Source: Minisyncoccia bacterium
Lineage (GTDB): Bacteria; Patescibacteriota; Minisyncoccia; Phycocordibacterales; UBA9973
Direction: 5' to 3'
Length of the DNA stretch: 64,000 nt
NCBI GenBank assembly: GCA_049287305.1
Contig: JBAQFO010000009.1
Coordinates: 108,558-172,557 of the forward strand
The notes beneath the pieces are model-generated. The model was not told the origin of the DNA and ran no database searches. It saw only the letters and a list, made by a program, of their open reading frames with translations. Made by a program: the position numbers and the translations under genes. Below, one piece after another: positions 41,330 through 49,554 of the stretch; the stretch's first letter is position 1, and every line of letters begins with the position of its first letter.

Positions 41330-43636
41330 TTAGATTTCGCAAACTCCAGAGACACAAGCGAATTCTTTGGCACCGGTAGTGTTGTCCATTGCTTCGTATT
41401 GAGAAAGCTTGGAAAAATCTATTTTACCGATAGCCCGAGCCCGTTTTTCATATTCTTCCTTGGTGATAGCTTCGTAGGGAGCAAGTTTGTACACATGCTC
41501 GGAGCGCGGAAGAAAAGAAAGTCCTCCTATCCAATCCCAGTTTTCGTATACGAAGTTGCCTACCGCAATCCACTCATCCGGGCCCACATAAATTGTCGCT
41601 GAAGGGTTGTGTTCCACGAAGTGCTCTTTAAGCCTTTTCCATTCTTTCATAAGGTCAAGCGCCGATACTTCATCTTTAAAGATCGCTCCAGGTGGCGCCT
41701 TAACCGGAAATTCCAATACAAAGGTAGTAGCTGTTGCTTCGGTCTGGCCATTTTCCGGCACGCAAGGAACTCCTTGGTCGCGGGCCATCTGAAGGAGCGT
41801 GTCGGTGTGGGAAATTCGCACACGACGTATAAAGTAAGGAGCAAACCAAGGGTGCATTCCGGAACCTACTCCCAAAAGTTGGCCGGAATTTCCATGAGGC
41901 TTTACGCAAGTTATTGCGGTGGAAGGATTTATGCCGAAGCGCTTTGCGTATTTTTTGTTGGTTTCAACAGAGTCCGCTTTTAATGTATCCAGCATTTTAT
42001 CATTTCTGATGATAGGGTTGTCGTAATATCCTGTAAGAGATACGCCGAGCAGTCTTTCTTCTTCACAGTTCTCTTTCCATTTCTTGGAAAGGTATCCGAA
42101 GTTGGTAAGTGTGGACTGGTAAGTTCCGAGCAATGTCGCCAACTCCATCTTTCTCTTGAGAGTCGCCGCGGTATCTTTAGGTCGAATAACTATGCTTGTC
42201 AAATTACAAAATTGTTTGGAACGCAAATAAATTTCTCCGCATGGATTGAGCCCCATCTGTCTTTCATCTTTTATCGCCGCCCATCTTCGCGCAGGCACTT
42301 GTTTTTCCAAGCCAGCTCGATTGAAAATTCCTCTTTCGCCTGATTTGGATTTCACCAACGCTGTCCACTCATCCAAAAATTCTTCAGCTCCAGGCTTAGC
42401 ATTGTAAACCGCGGAATTGTTTGCCATTGAACGCTGGTCTTCGGTCAAATAAAATTGTCCCTTCTTCGCGTCTCGCATTTCGGTATCTTCCAGTTCGGAG
42501 AGAGAGATAAGAGCGCTTCTTCGCACGCCTCCAGCGACAACAATCATTCCAATTTTACAGATGACATCATGCATGTCTATATTGGAAAGGCGTCGTCCTT
42601 GTTTTGCTAAAATTTTTCTTTTCGCAAACTCCATCAAGTCTATCAGCGGTTGCGGTCCTGAAGCTTTTCCTCCGGCTGTTTCCAATCTTGAACCCGCCGG
42701 TCGAATTTGAGAATAATCAAACACCATGTCTCTCCCATCAAACCACGCGGTAAGACCCATAACGAAGGCGTCTGCCCATCCTTCTTTACTGTCTACAACC
42801 AGATGAGTAGCTGGCTTTTCTTTTGTTTGTTTTTTTATTTGCGGAAACTGCTGAACATTTTCCCACTCTACGGCAAAACCAAGTCCCGCTCCGCACATTG
42901 ATATATACATTATTTCACCCAAGTCCTGAGGGCAGGTTGGAGCAATATATGAGCAGTTGTATGCCCAAACGTTGGATTGTCGGCATGCCTTGCCGGAAGA
43001 CCACAGAAGCCTCATGGAAGGACAGATATCTTGATTAAGTATAGCTTGCTTCACTTCCTCGTATTCTTTGGCTGTAAGCTTATTCCCAAGGTTTTCCTTC
43101 ATGTAGTCCATGTAACGCTCTATGGTCTCTATCCAGGTTTCGCGGCGGCCAAGCTCAGGCACCCAGCGGGAGTAAAATTGATAGAAGATATATTCAGAGT
43201 ATGGGCTGGAAAAATACTTACTGGATTCTTCCACCGCCGCCCGAACAGATTCGGAAACGGGACCAAAGGTAGCCCTTAGCTCTGAGCGCTTGTTTCTGTA
43301 TAAAATATATTTTTTCGCGGTGTCGGTAAAACCATCTTTCATTAATTCTTTTTCCACGAAATCCTGCACTGACTCCACGGTCGGCAAAAATTTTGCTCCT
43401 TTGTTTGTGTTTATAAGTTCCGTGCGTAATCCAAGAAGTGTTTTAAAAACATTGTTCGCAACTTTTTGCGCCGCTTCTTCTCCTCCCTCACCTGTCACCT
43501 CAAAAGCTTTGAAAACTGCGCGAGCGACTCTTTCTAACTCAAAAGGAACGACTTCTCCCGTTCGTCTTCGGATTGTTTTTATTTTCGCCAAGTCGCTTTT
43601 TGAAATTTTCTCGCTCGCTTTTGTTTTTGTTTTCAT
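41330..43636 (-). CDS. nrdJ: Adenosylcobalamin-dependent (class II) ribonucleotide reductase NrdJ with N-terminal ATP-cone
   Basis: ATP-cone (IRRRTGEVVPFELERVARAV), RNR active-site region NPCGEIYLRSKQFCNLTS, and C-terminal Cys pairs. Co-operonic with the pduO-type adenosyltransferase. Confidence 0.85.
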   Translation of the reverse strand: MKTKTKASEKISKSDLAKIKTIRRRTGEVVPFELERVARAVFKAFEVTGEGGEEAAQKVANNVFKTLLGLRTELINTNKGAKFLPTVESVQDFVEKELMKDGFTDTAKKYILYRNKRSELRATFGPVSESVRAAVEESSKYFSSPYSEYIFYQFYSRWVPELGRRETWIETIERYMDYMKENLGNKLTAKEYEEVKQAILNQDICPSMRLLWSSGKACRQSNVWAYNCSYIAPTCPQDLGEIMYISMCGAGLGFAVEWENVQQFPQIKKQTKEKPATHLVVDSKEGWADAFVMGLTAWFDGRDMVFDYSQIRPAGSRLETAGGKASGPQPLIDLMEFAKRKILAKQGRRLSNIDMHDVICKIGMIVVAGGVRRSALISLSELEDTEMRDAKKGQFYLTEDQRSMANNSAVYNAKPGAEEFLDEWTALVKSKSGERGIFNRAGLEKQVPARRWAAIKDERQMGLNPCGEIYLRSKQFCNLTSIVIRPKDTAATLKRKMELATLLGTYQSTLTNFGYLSKKWKENCEEERLLGVSLTGYYDNPIIRNDKMLDTLKADSVETNKKYAKRFGINPSTAITCVKPHGNSGQLLGVGSGMHPWFAPYFIRRVRISHTDTLLQMARDQGVPCVPENGQTEATATTFVLEFPVKAPPGAIFKDEVSALDLMKEWKRLKEHFVEHNPSATIYVGPDEWIAVGNFVYENWDWIGGLSFLPRSEHVYKLAPYEAITKEEYEKRARAIGKIDFSKLSQYEAMDNTTGAKEFACVSGVCEI

Positions 43637-43641
43637 AAGAT

Positions 43642-44220
43642 TTAAATTGTTTTAGGGTTAAGGTTGCTAATGGGAGTCAGAGATTCTTTCTTCTTATCTA
43701 TTGGTATGTGAATCTTCTTTTTAATTAAGAAATTATAAATTCCGGGAGACAGCACGTAGGCGAAGGTAATGTTGCCTAAGAGATGTAGCGCAGTGAAAGG
43801 AATTTGTCCGGCAAGCGCTTGTGTAAAAGATTGATTGAAGAAAATTGGTCCCACCGTAAGCCCCGTAATGGCGTCAAAAAATAAAGTTCCCATGATAGCG
43901 AACTTTACATAGCTCCATTTATTCGTGTTTTGTTTCTTAAAATAGCTTGCTGCCCATAAACCAAGAAGCCCATACGCCCCCGCAGTAAAGACTGTGTGCA
44001 CTCCAAGCGTCCCGGTTACCAAATCATAAATAAAAATACTCAAGGCTCCGAAGGAAAATCCGAAAATTGCTCCGTAGGCGCGGCTCATAGGCATGGCGGA
44101 TGCCAAGATAGGCTCAATGTTGGGAGCGCGCATCGGAATTAGGCGAACAAGAAGACAAAAAACCAACAGAAGGAGAAATTTTGGAGAAAAATTTAGATAA
44201 TTTTTTTTGCTTTTTTGCAT
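43642..44220 (-). CDS. Small 5-6 TM membrane protein, ECF-transporter S-component-like. Co-operonic with nrdJ and pduO, so a candidate cobalamin uptake component
   Basis: 192 aa, hydrophobic throughout, stop 5 nt upstream of the nrdJ start. Family assignment is inferred from context only. Confidence 0.35.
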   Translation of the reverse strand: MQKSKKNYLNFSPKFLLLLVFCLLVRLIPMRAPNIEPILASAMPMSRAYGAIFGFSFGALSIFIYDLVTGTLGVHTVFTAGAYGLLGLWAASYFKKQNTNKWSYVKFAIMGTLFFDAITGLTVGPIFFNQSFTQALAGQIPFTALHLLGNITFAYVLSPGIYNFLIKKKIHIPIDKKKESLTPISNLNPKTI

Positions 44221-44411
44221 GGGTTTATAATCATATCAGAAACGGAATGTTCCGCAACCGTTCAGTCATTATACACGACCCTTCCTTTGGAAAGTAAGTG
44301 GATAACCCGTATTTTTTGCCAAATTTCGCAAAAGAAAACACCGAAAAACAGAAGACAAGAGGTGATTTTTCTGAGCCAGTATTTATAAGCTCCTTATGAG
44401 ACAAAAAAGTG

Positions 44412-44485
44412 TCCGTCCTCTTGGATTCGAACCAAGGACCCCAGAGGTATAAGCTCTGTGCTCTAACCAACTGAGCTAAGGACGG
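44412..44485 (-). tRNA. tRNA-Ile (anticodon UAU)
   Basis: Hand-folded 74-nt cloverleaf: acceptor CCGTCCT/AGGACGG, D-arm GCTC-AGTTGGTTA-GAGC, anticodon stem CAGAG/CTCTG with loop CTTATAC (UAU), V-loop GGGTC, T-arm CTTGG-TTCGAAT-CCAAG, discriminator A. Resembles Ile2-type tRNAs. Confidence 0.8.
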
Positions 44486-44542
44486 GTCAGCTGACAACAA
44501 GACTACAATATCTTATTTCGACGATAAATTCAACCGAAAAAA

Positions 44543-46468
44543 TTACTTGACTCCTTGCGGTGGCGCCACTAAATCTTTCTTCTTTAGAAGTATTCCGTGA
44601 GCAACCAGTATTTTTTCGTATTCGTCTTGCTCTATGGTTTCCACTTCTATTAGTTTATGGGCTATGGCAGTAAAGGCTTTTTTGTGTTCATTCAGAACTT
44701 TTTCCGCGGACTTAAGTCCGTCATTGATAATTCGCGAAACTTCTCCGTCTACCTTGGTTGCCAAGTTTTCAGAAAGTTCTTTTTCCGGAATATCGCCGTA
44801 TTGAGCCCGTCCAGGAGAATCTGCCAGCGCAATCGGGCCAATAAGATCGGACATTCCCCATCTTGTCACCATCGCCCGGGCTAGGTTGGTCGCAACTTGC
44901 AAATCGCTTGATGGTCCCGTTGTTATGTCTCCGAAAATCATCTGCTCCGCAACATATCCACCAAGCGACATCGCGATGTCATCTATAAATTCTTTTTTGG
45001 ATTGCAATCTTTTTTCTTCAAGCGGAAGTTTGAGTGTGTATCCGCCGGCGTTGCCTCGAGAAATAATTGAAACTTTGTGAACTGGGTCGGCGTAAGGAAG
45101 GACAGACGCTACGATGGCGTGTCCGGCTTCGTGATAAGCGGTAATTTCTTTTTCTTTCTTTGAAAGCAGGTGGCTCTTTCTCTCGGGTCCAAGCATAACT
45201 TTTTCTATCGCCCGGATAAGGTCAAACTGAAAAACTTTTTTCCTGTTCTCTCGTGCCGCAAGTATCGCACCTTCATTCATAAGAGAATATAAATCCGCGC
45301 CGGAGAATCCCGGAGTTCTCTCGGCGATTAATTTCAAATTAATATCTTCGGCGAGCGGTTTTTTGAGCGCGTGAATATTCAATATCGCTTCACGGTCGGA
45401 ACGGTCCGGTAAATCAAGAATCACTTTTCTGTCAAAGCGACCCGGACGCACAAGCGCGGGGTCTAGAACATCGGGCCTGTTGGTCGCCGCCATAACTATA
45501 ACTTTATCGTTCGGTTCAAAGCCGTCCATCTCCACCAATATTTGGTTTAATGTTTGTTCCCGCTCATCGTTCCCTCCGCCGAATCCTCCCCCGCGAGTGC
45601 GTCCTATGGCGTCTATTTCATCCACGAATATGATTGCGGGTGCCGCTCTTTTGGCCATTTTGAAAAGATCTCGCACCCTGGATGCTCCTACTCCCACAAA
45701 CATTTCCACAAATTCGCTTCCAGATAAGTGGAAAAATGGCACAGAGGCTTCTCCTGCTACCGCCCGGGCAAGCAAAGTCTTCCCCGTTCCCGGCGCGCCG
45801 GTAAGCATTACTCCTTTTGGAATTCTGGCTCCAATATCTAAAAATTTCTTGGGACTCTTCAGAAAATCCACAATTTCTTTTAGTTCTTCCTTCGCCTCCT
45901 TGCATCCGGCAACATCTTTGAAAGTTACCTTGTTGTTCTTGTCGTTGGGGTCAGTGATGCGCGCTTTGGACTGGCCGAAGGTGAACGCCTGCATCCCTGC
46001 TCCTTTGACCTGTCGGGACAAATACCAGAAAAATAAAAGTATGAAGACTATGGGCAGAAGAAACGGCAAGATATTCACCAACCAGAAAGTAAAGCCGCTT
46101 TCGTTTTTTATTTGTATCTCGGTTTCTGCAAGAGCTTCCGGCTTCACACCGTAGTTAAAGAGCGTTTGAGACAATGCGGAGTTAACTTCTTTTTTGGTTG
46201 TTTTTATTTCTTCATTTTTATAAGTTACCGTGAGCTTGTCTCCTTCCACTAAAATGCTTTTAACTTCCCCCGCTGAAACATTCTGGGCAAGTTCGGAAAT
46301 GGCGATTTCGGGAATTTCTTTCTTGTCTCCGGATATCATCAAATAAAATGCCGTAATGAGCATGAAGAAAACCACAGCCCCTAAAATGTTGTTGCTGAAC
46401 TTTGTCTGCTTCGGAAGCTTTTTCCCCTTTCTTTCGGGCTCTTTTTGATTAAGAAAATTTAAATCCAT
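44543..46468 (-). CDS. ftsH: ATP-dependent zinc metalloprotease FtsH
   Basis: Two N-terminal TMs, AAA module ([25 protein letters not shown], second region of homology), and protease HEAGHAIV. Confidence 0.9.
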   Translation of the reverse strand: MDLNFLNQKEPERKGKKLPKQTKFSNNILGAVVFFMLITAFYLMISGDKKEIPEIAISELAQNVSAGEVKSILVEGDKLTVTYKNEEIKTTKKEVNSALSQTLFNYGVKPEALAETEIQIKNESGFTFWLVNILPFLLPIVFILLFFWYLSRQVKGAGMQAFTFGQSKARITDPNDKNNKVTFKDVAGCKEAKEELKEIVDFLKSPKKFLDIGARIPKGVMLTGAPGTGKTLLARAVAGEASVPFFHLSGSEFVEMFVGVGASRVRDLFKMAKRAAPAIIFVDEIDAIGRTRGGGFGGGNDEREQTLNQILVEMDGFEPNDKVIVMAATNRPDVLDPALVRPGRFDRKVILDLPDRSDREAILNIHALKKPLAEDINLKLIAERTPGFSGADLYSLMNEGAILAARENRKKVFQFDLIRAIEKVMLGPERKSHLLSKKEKEITAYHEAGHAIVASVLPYADPVHKVSIISRGNAGGYTLKLPLEEKRLQSKKEFIDDIAMSLGGYVAEQMIFGDITTGPSSDLQVATNLARAMVTRWGMSDLIGPIALADSPGRAQYGDIPEKELSENLATKVDGEVSRIINDGLKSAEKVLNEHKKAFTAIAHKLIEVETIEQDEYEKILVAHGILLKKKDLVAPPQGVK

Positions 46469-46666
46469 AGGGGCAATAATAGCACAAAAAACACCAAATG
46501 TGAAATTGGTTTTTATTCTTTCTATTTAAATAATCTACAAACCTATAAAAATAAGATTTTGGAAAAATGACGGCAACGGAACCATTCCAAAATAACCAGC
46601 AACAAGGTAAACGATTACCAAAACTATAATAATTAATAAATATTTCATATCAAATATTATACTACT

Positions 46667-46683
46667 TTTGTGGAGATGGGGGA
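46667..46683. repeat. 17-nt direct repeat ttgtggagatgggggaa. The second copy (46822-46838) is the 3' terminus of the tmRNA gene
   Basis: Exact 17/17 identity at 46667-46683 and 46822-46838, spacing 155 bp. The intervening segment holds the ssrA terminator hairpin. Confidence 0.7.
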
Positions 46684-46785
46684 ACGAGCTACAAATATTT
46701 TTCTGCTGAAAAATTTCGCAGCCCCACCTCAGTCGCCTTCGCTCCCTCCGGCTATTCGATTTCCCTCTTATTTCTACCGGCAACG

Positions 46786-46820
46786 CAAAATAAAACTGCC
46801 ATTTAGGCAGTTTTATTTTG
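46786..46820 (-). terminator. Rho-independent terminator immediately 3' of the tmRNA gene
   Basis: aaaactgcc-attta-ggcagtttt hairpin with flanking A/T runs. Confidence 0.6.
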
Positions 46821-46824
46821 ATTG

Positions 46825-47223
46825 TGGAGATGGGGGAAATCGAATCCCCGTGCAGAAGGTTTTTGTAAGGACGTCTACATGTTTAGCGCGCTTTTTGTTT
46901 TAAATTAAAAAATTATGAAACGCGCCAAATATTTTTTAATCGATTCTCTTTGTTTCGGAAGAAAGCCGAGACATTCTTTTTCCTATCCCGATTATGTTAT
47001 GCCCGCTCTTGTATATCGGAAGTCCACAAGAGAGACACGAGCTTACGCTAAAGCGGAAACTCGAGCAAAAGCGAAATCATTCATACCGAAGTATGGAGAG
47101 ACTGCGACTCTTACCTTGGAAGCTAATTTTGCAATTAAGCTATTGAACGACTTTTTACGAGATTACGTTCATGCTCGACATGCACCGATGACAAAAGGCC
47201 AACTGTCTATGCCTTGCATCCCC
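46825..47223 (-). ncRNA. ssrA: tmRNA (ssrA), about 399 nt, directly downstream of smpB
   Basis: Reverse strand starts GGGGAUGCAAGG... and ends ...GGGGAUUCGAUUUCCCCCAUCUCCA: a tRNA-like acceptor (GGGGAUG pairs with CAUCUCC, with G3-U as in E. coli), T-arm GGGGA-UUCGAUU-UCCCC and discriminator A. It has an internal GGUGCAUG and an exact CUCGUAAAAAG block as in E. coli tmRNA, and a tag-like reading frame ending ...AFARVSALA-UAA (stop at 47045-47043). Confidence 0.8.
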
Positions 47224-47245
47224 ATATTTTTTTCTCAATGTTCGT

Positions 47246-47692
47246 TTATCTCTCTTTGTATTCCCTTCGGAGTTCTCTGTCCGTTTCACGTTTTTTTATC
47301 GTGTCCCGTTTATCAAATTTTTTCTTGCCTTTGACTAAAGCAATTTCCACTTTTATCTTTCTGCCTTTATTATACACTGAAATTGGCACTATTGTCAAAC
47401 TCTTGTTTTTTTCACTCCCCGTAAGCTCGTTTATTTCTTTCTTGGTCAAGAGCAACTTCCGGTTGCGAAGCGGGTCATAGTCGCTCGGAGCATTTTTGGC
47501 CTGATATGGCGGAATATTTGCGTTAATTATATACGCTTCTCCCCCGCGAATAATGACAAAAGCCCCCTCAAGAGATACCTGCCCGCCCCGAACGGATTTC
47601 ACCTCCGTGCCCAAAAGCTCAATACCTGTTTCGTATTTTTCCAAGATTTCATAGTTAAATCGCGCCTTCCTGTTTTCAGCGTAAATCGCCAT
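47246..47692 (-). CDS. smpB: SsrA-binding protein SmpB
   Basis: MAIYAENRKARFNYEILEKYETGIELLGTEVKSVRGG... is a near-canonical SmpB. Confidence 0.9.
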   Translation of the reverse strand: MAIYAENRKARFNYEILEKYETGIELLGTEVKSVRGGQVSLEGAFVIIRGGEAYIINANIPPYQAKNAPSDYDPLRNRKLLLTKKEINELTGSEKNKSLTIVPISVYNKGRKIKVEIALVKGKKKFDKRDTIKKRETDRELRREYKER

Positions 47693-47765
47693 AATTACAT
47701 ATTATCATATGTGTTGACTTTAGCCTTCAAATACGCTATTATCCCCTGGTAGTCATAGGCTTTAA

Positions 47766-48287
47766 TTGCCTTACTTATATCAATTGCGCGAAAGAATAAA
47801 CAACCAAATACGGGCTAAGGAACTTCGGGTCCTGGACAGCGAAAACAAAAATCTAGGTGTTTTAAGTATCAGAGATGCTCTGGAAATGGCACAGAGTAAG
47901 GGTTTGGACTTAATTGAAATATCCCCGAACGGCAACCCCCCTATAGCCAAGTTGATGGATTTCGGCAAGTATCAGTATGAGGCCAATAAAAAATTAAAGA
48001 AGGCAAAAGCGGGCGCAAACAAGACAGAGACCAAGTCAATCCAGATAAAGATAGGCACCGGAGACCATGACCTGGAATTAAAGGCAAAAACGGCATCCAA
48101 GTGGATAAAGGAAGGCCACAGGATAAAAGTAGAACTCTTTCTTGCCGGACGAGCCAAATACATGGATGAGAAATTTTTAAGGGAGCGATTGGACAGAGTG
48201 CTTCATTTGATTACCGAAGATTATAAGGTTTCAGATAATTATAAAAAGGGTCCGAAAGGTTTGACTATAACAATAGAAAAAAAATAA
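47766..48287 (+). CDS. infC: Translation initiation factor IF-3 (start codon uncertain, non-ATG)
   Basis: INNQIRAKELRVLDSENKNLGVLSIRDALEMAQSKGLDLIEISPNGNPPIAKLMDFGKYQYE is the IF3 N- and C-domains. The frame opens with TTG; infC commonly uses atypical starts. Confidence 0.85.
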   Translation: MPYLYQLRERINNQIRAKELRVLDSENKNLGVLSIRDALEMAQSKGLDLIEISPNGNPPIAKLMDFGKYQYEANKKLKKAKAGANKTETKSIQIKIGTGDHDLELKAKTASKWIKEGHRIKVELFLAGRAKYMDEKFLRERLDRVLHLITEDYKVSDNYKKGPKGLTITIEKK

Positions 48288-48288
48288 C

Positions 48289-48483
48289 ATGAAAGGAATG
48301 AAGACAAACAAATCATATAGTAAGAGACTGAAGCTTACCAAGAACGGCAAGATTCTTTCTCGCAAGGCAGGATTCAACCATTTTAATGCAAAGCAGTCGC
48401 GAAACGCACAGCTTGCAGGTCGCAAGGGAACAAACTTTGTTATCAAGAACAAGCCAAAGAGTCACCTCTTGCCGTTTTCCTAA
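48289..48483 (+). CDS. rpmI: 50S ribosomal protein L35
   Basis: MKGMKTNKSYSKRLKLTKNGKIL... is the L35 basic N-terminus, in the infC-rpmI-rplT arrangement. Confidence 0.85.
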   Translation: MKGMKTNKSYSKRLKLTKNGKILSRKAGFNHFNAKQSRNAQLAGRKGTNFVIKNKPKSHLLPFS

Positions 48484-48522
48484 TTTATACTGAATTTATT
48501 AATCGTAGTAATTTAAAATAAT

Positions 48523-48873
48523 ATGACAAGAGTAAAAAAGGGAGTTCACGCGTTAAAGAGGAGAAGGAGCGTTTTAAAGCAGACTAAGGGAATGCGCCAC
48601 GGCCGAAGCACTAAAGAACGTCAGGCAAAAGACGCGCTCTTGCATGCCGGAAATTATTCTTTCGCTCACCGAAAAGACAAGAAGTCGCATAACAGAAAAC
48701 TTTGGAATATAAAAATAAACGCTGGTTCGCGAGAGCTCGGAATGACTTATTCCAAGCTGATAGACGCGCTTAAAAAGAAAAACATTATGCTGGACAGAAA
48801 GATAATGTCGGACTTTGCCGAACACCACCCGGAAACTTTCGCCAGAATTTTGGAAGCTGTTAAAGTTAAATGA
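48523..48873 (+). CDS. rplT: 50S ribosomal protein L20
   Basis: MTRVKKGVHALKRRRSVLKQTKGMRHGRS... is canonical L20. Confidence 0.9.
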   Translation: MTRVKKGVHALKRRRSVLKQTKGMRHGRSTKERQAKDALLHAGNYSFAHRKDKKSHNRKLWNIKINAGSRELGMTYSKLIDALKKKNIMLDRKIMSDFAEHHPETFARILEAVKVK

Positions 48874-48908
48874 AAAAATAAAACCCCTCGTCTGAGGGGT
48901 TTTATTTT
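48874..48908. terminator. Bidirectional rho-independent terminator after rplT
   Basis: aaaacccctc-gtct-gaggggtttt is a perfect 10-bp stem with A/T flanks. Confidence 0.65.
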
Positions 48909-49554
48909 AGTGCGCTACTGGTGGTTTTACTATTTTATATTCTTCTACTTTGTCTTTGTTTATGAGCGTAATTATGTCTTCGAGCAATTTCTTTGGGTCG
49001 TCTCCGCTTACAATCTTCGCGTTGGGACGATGCCCTTTGGCAACGATATCCTTCAGCTGGTTGCCCATTTCCCATGGCCCTTCAAAAATACCTATGGGCT
49101 TCCCGTCTTCAAAAGCAACGGTAAATTCATGAATTGTGCCCACTCGCCCACAGCCGCAGATGACGGCATCAGACGAACGAGTAAGCAGTATGTCACGCCC
49201 CGGATAGCCAAACCCGGTATAAATAACCAAATCCATATAGTCCAAAGGAAGCTTGTATGTTTCCACATGCTCCCGTTCCGAAGCTGCCGGTGAAATGCCT
49301 ATGGAGATACCTCCTTCTTCTTTTACTCCCATAGCTACCCAAAGAGGAAACCCGGTCGTTGCTCCGGTAACAAGTATTGCTCCTTGGCGGGCTATTTCAC
49401 GGCCAAGTTCTTTCGCCTTGTCTAGCGCACCTACTCCGCAATGCCCCGTCTCAGCTGCGCCAGAGACGCATATTTTTATTTGACTGTGTCCATGTTTCTC
49501 GGGAAAATTTGAAAAATCCATTGCTTCGGTATTGTAACAGAAATAATCTAACAC
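48907..49554 (-). CDS. Rossmann-fold SLOG/LOG-family protein (TIGR00725-like)
   Basis: KICVSGAAETGHCGVGALDKAKELGREIARQGAILVTGATTGFP and a later GFGYPGRDILL; LOG/SLOG-like glycine-rich nucleotide-binding loops. Confidence 0.45.
   Translation of the reverse strand: MLDYFCYNTEAMDFSNFPEKHGHSQIKICVSGAAETGHCGVGALDKAKELGREIARQGAILVTGATTGFPLWVAMGVKEEGGISIGISPAASEREHVETYKLPLDYMDLVIYTGFGYPGRDILLTRSSDAVICGCGRVGTIHEFTVAFEDGKPIGIFEGPWEMGNQLKDIVAKGHRPNAKIVSGDDPKKLLEDIITLINKDKVEEYKIVKPPVAH

Noticed and set aside
44221-44411. Cobalamin riboswitch upstream of the ECF-like/nrdJ/pduO operon
   Set aside because: There is no B12 box (GCCACTG) or conserved riboswitch core on the transcribed strand, only a promoter-like TATAAT and a simple hairpin.
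44231-44500. 89-aa minus-strand ORF
   Set aside because: It overlaps the tRNA-Ile(UAU) gene, which hand-folding shows is well formed. The ORF is spurious.
46915-47480. 139-aa and 88-aa plus-strand ORFs (46915..47334, 47214..47480); the first superficially resembles a recombinase C-terminus (…HARHA…)
   Set aside because: Both lie antisense to the tmRNA gene and the smpB 3' end. The RNA explains the region, and these ORFs have no RBS.
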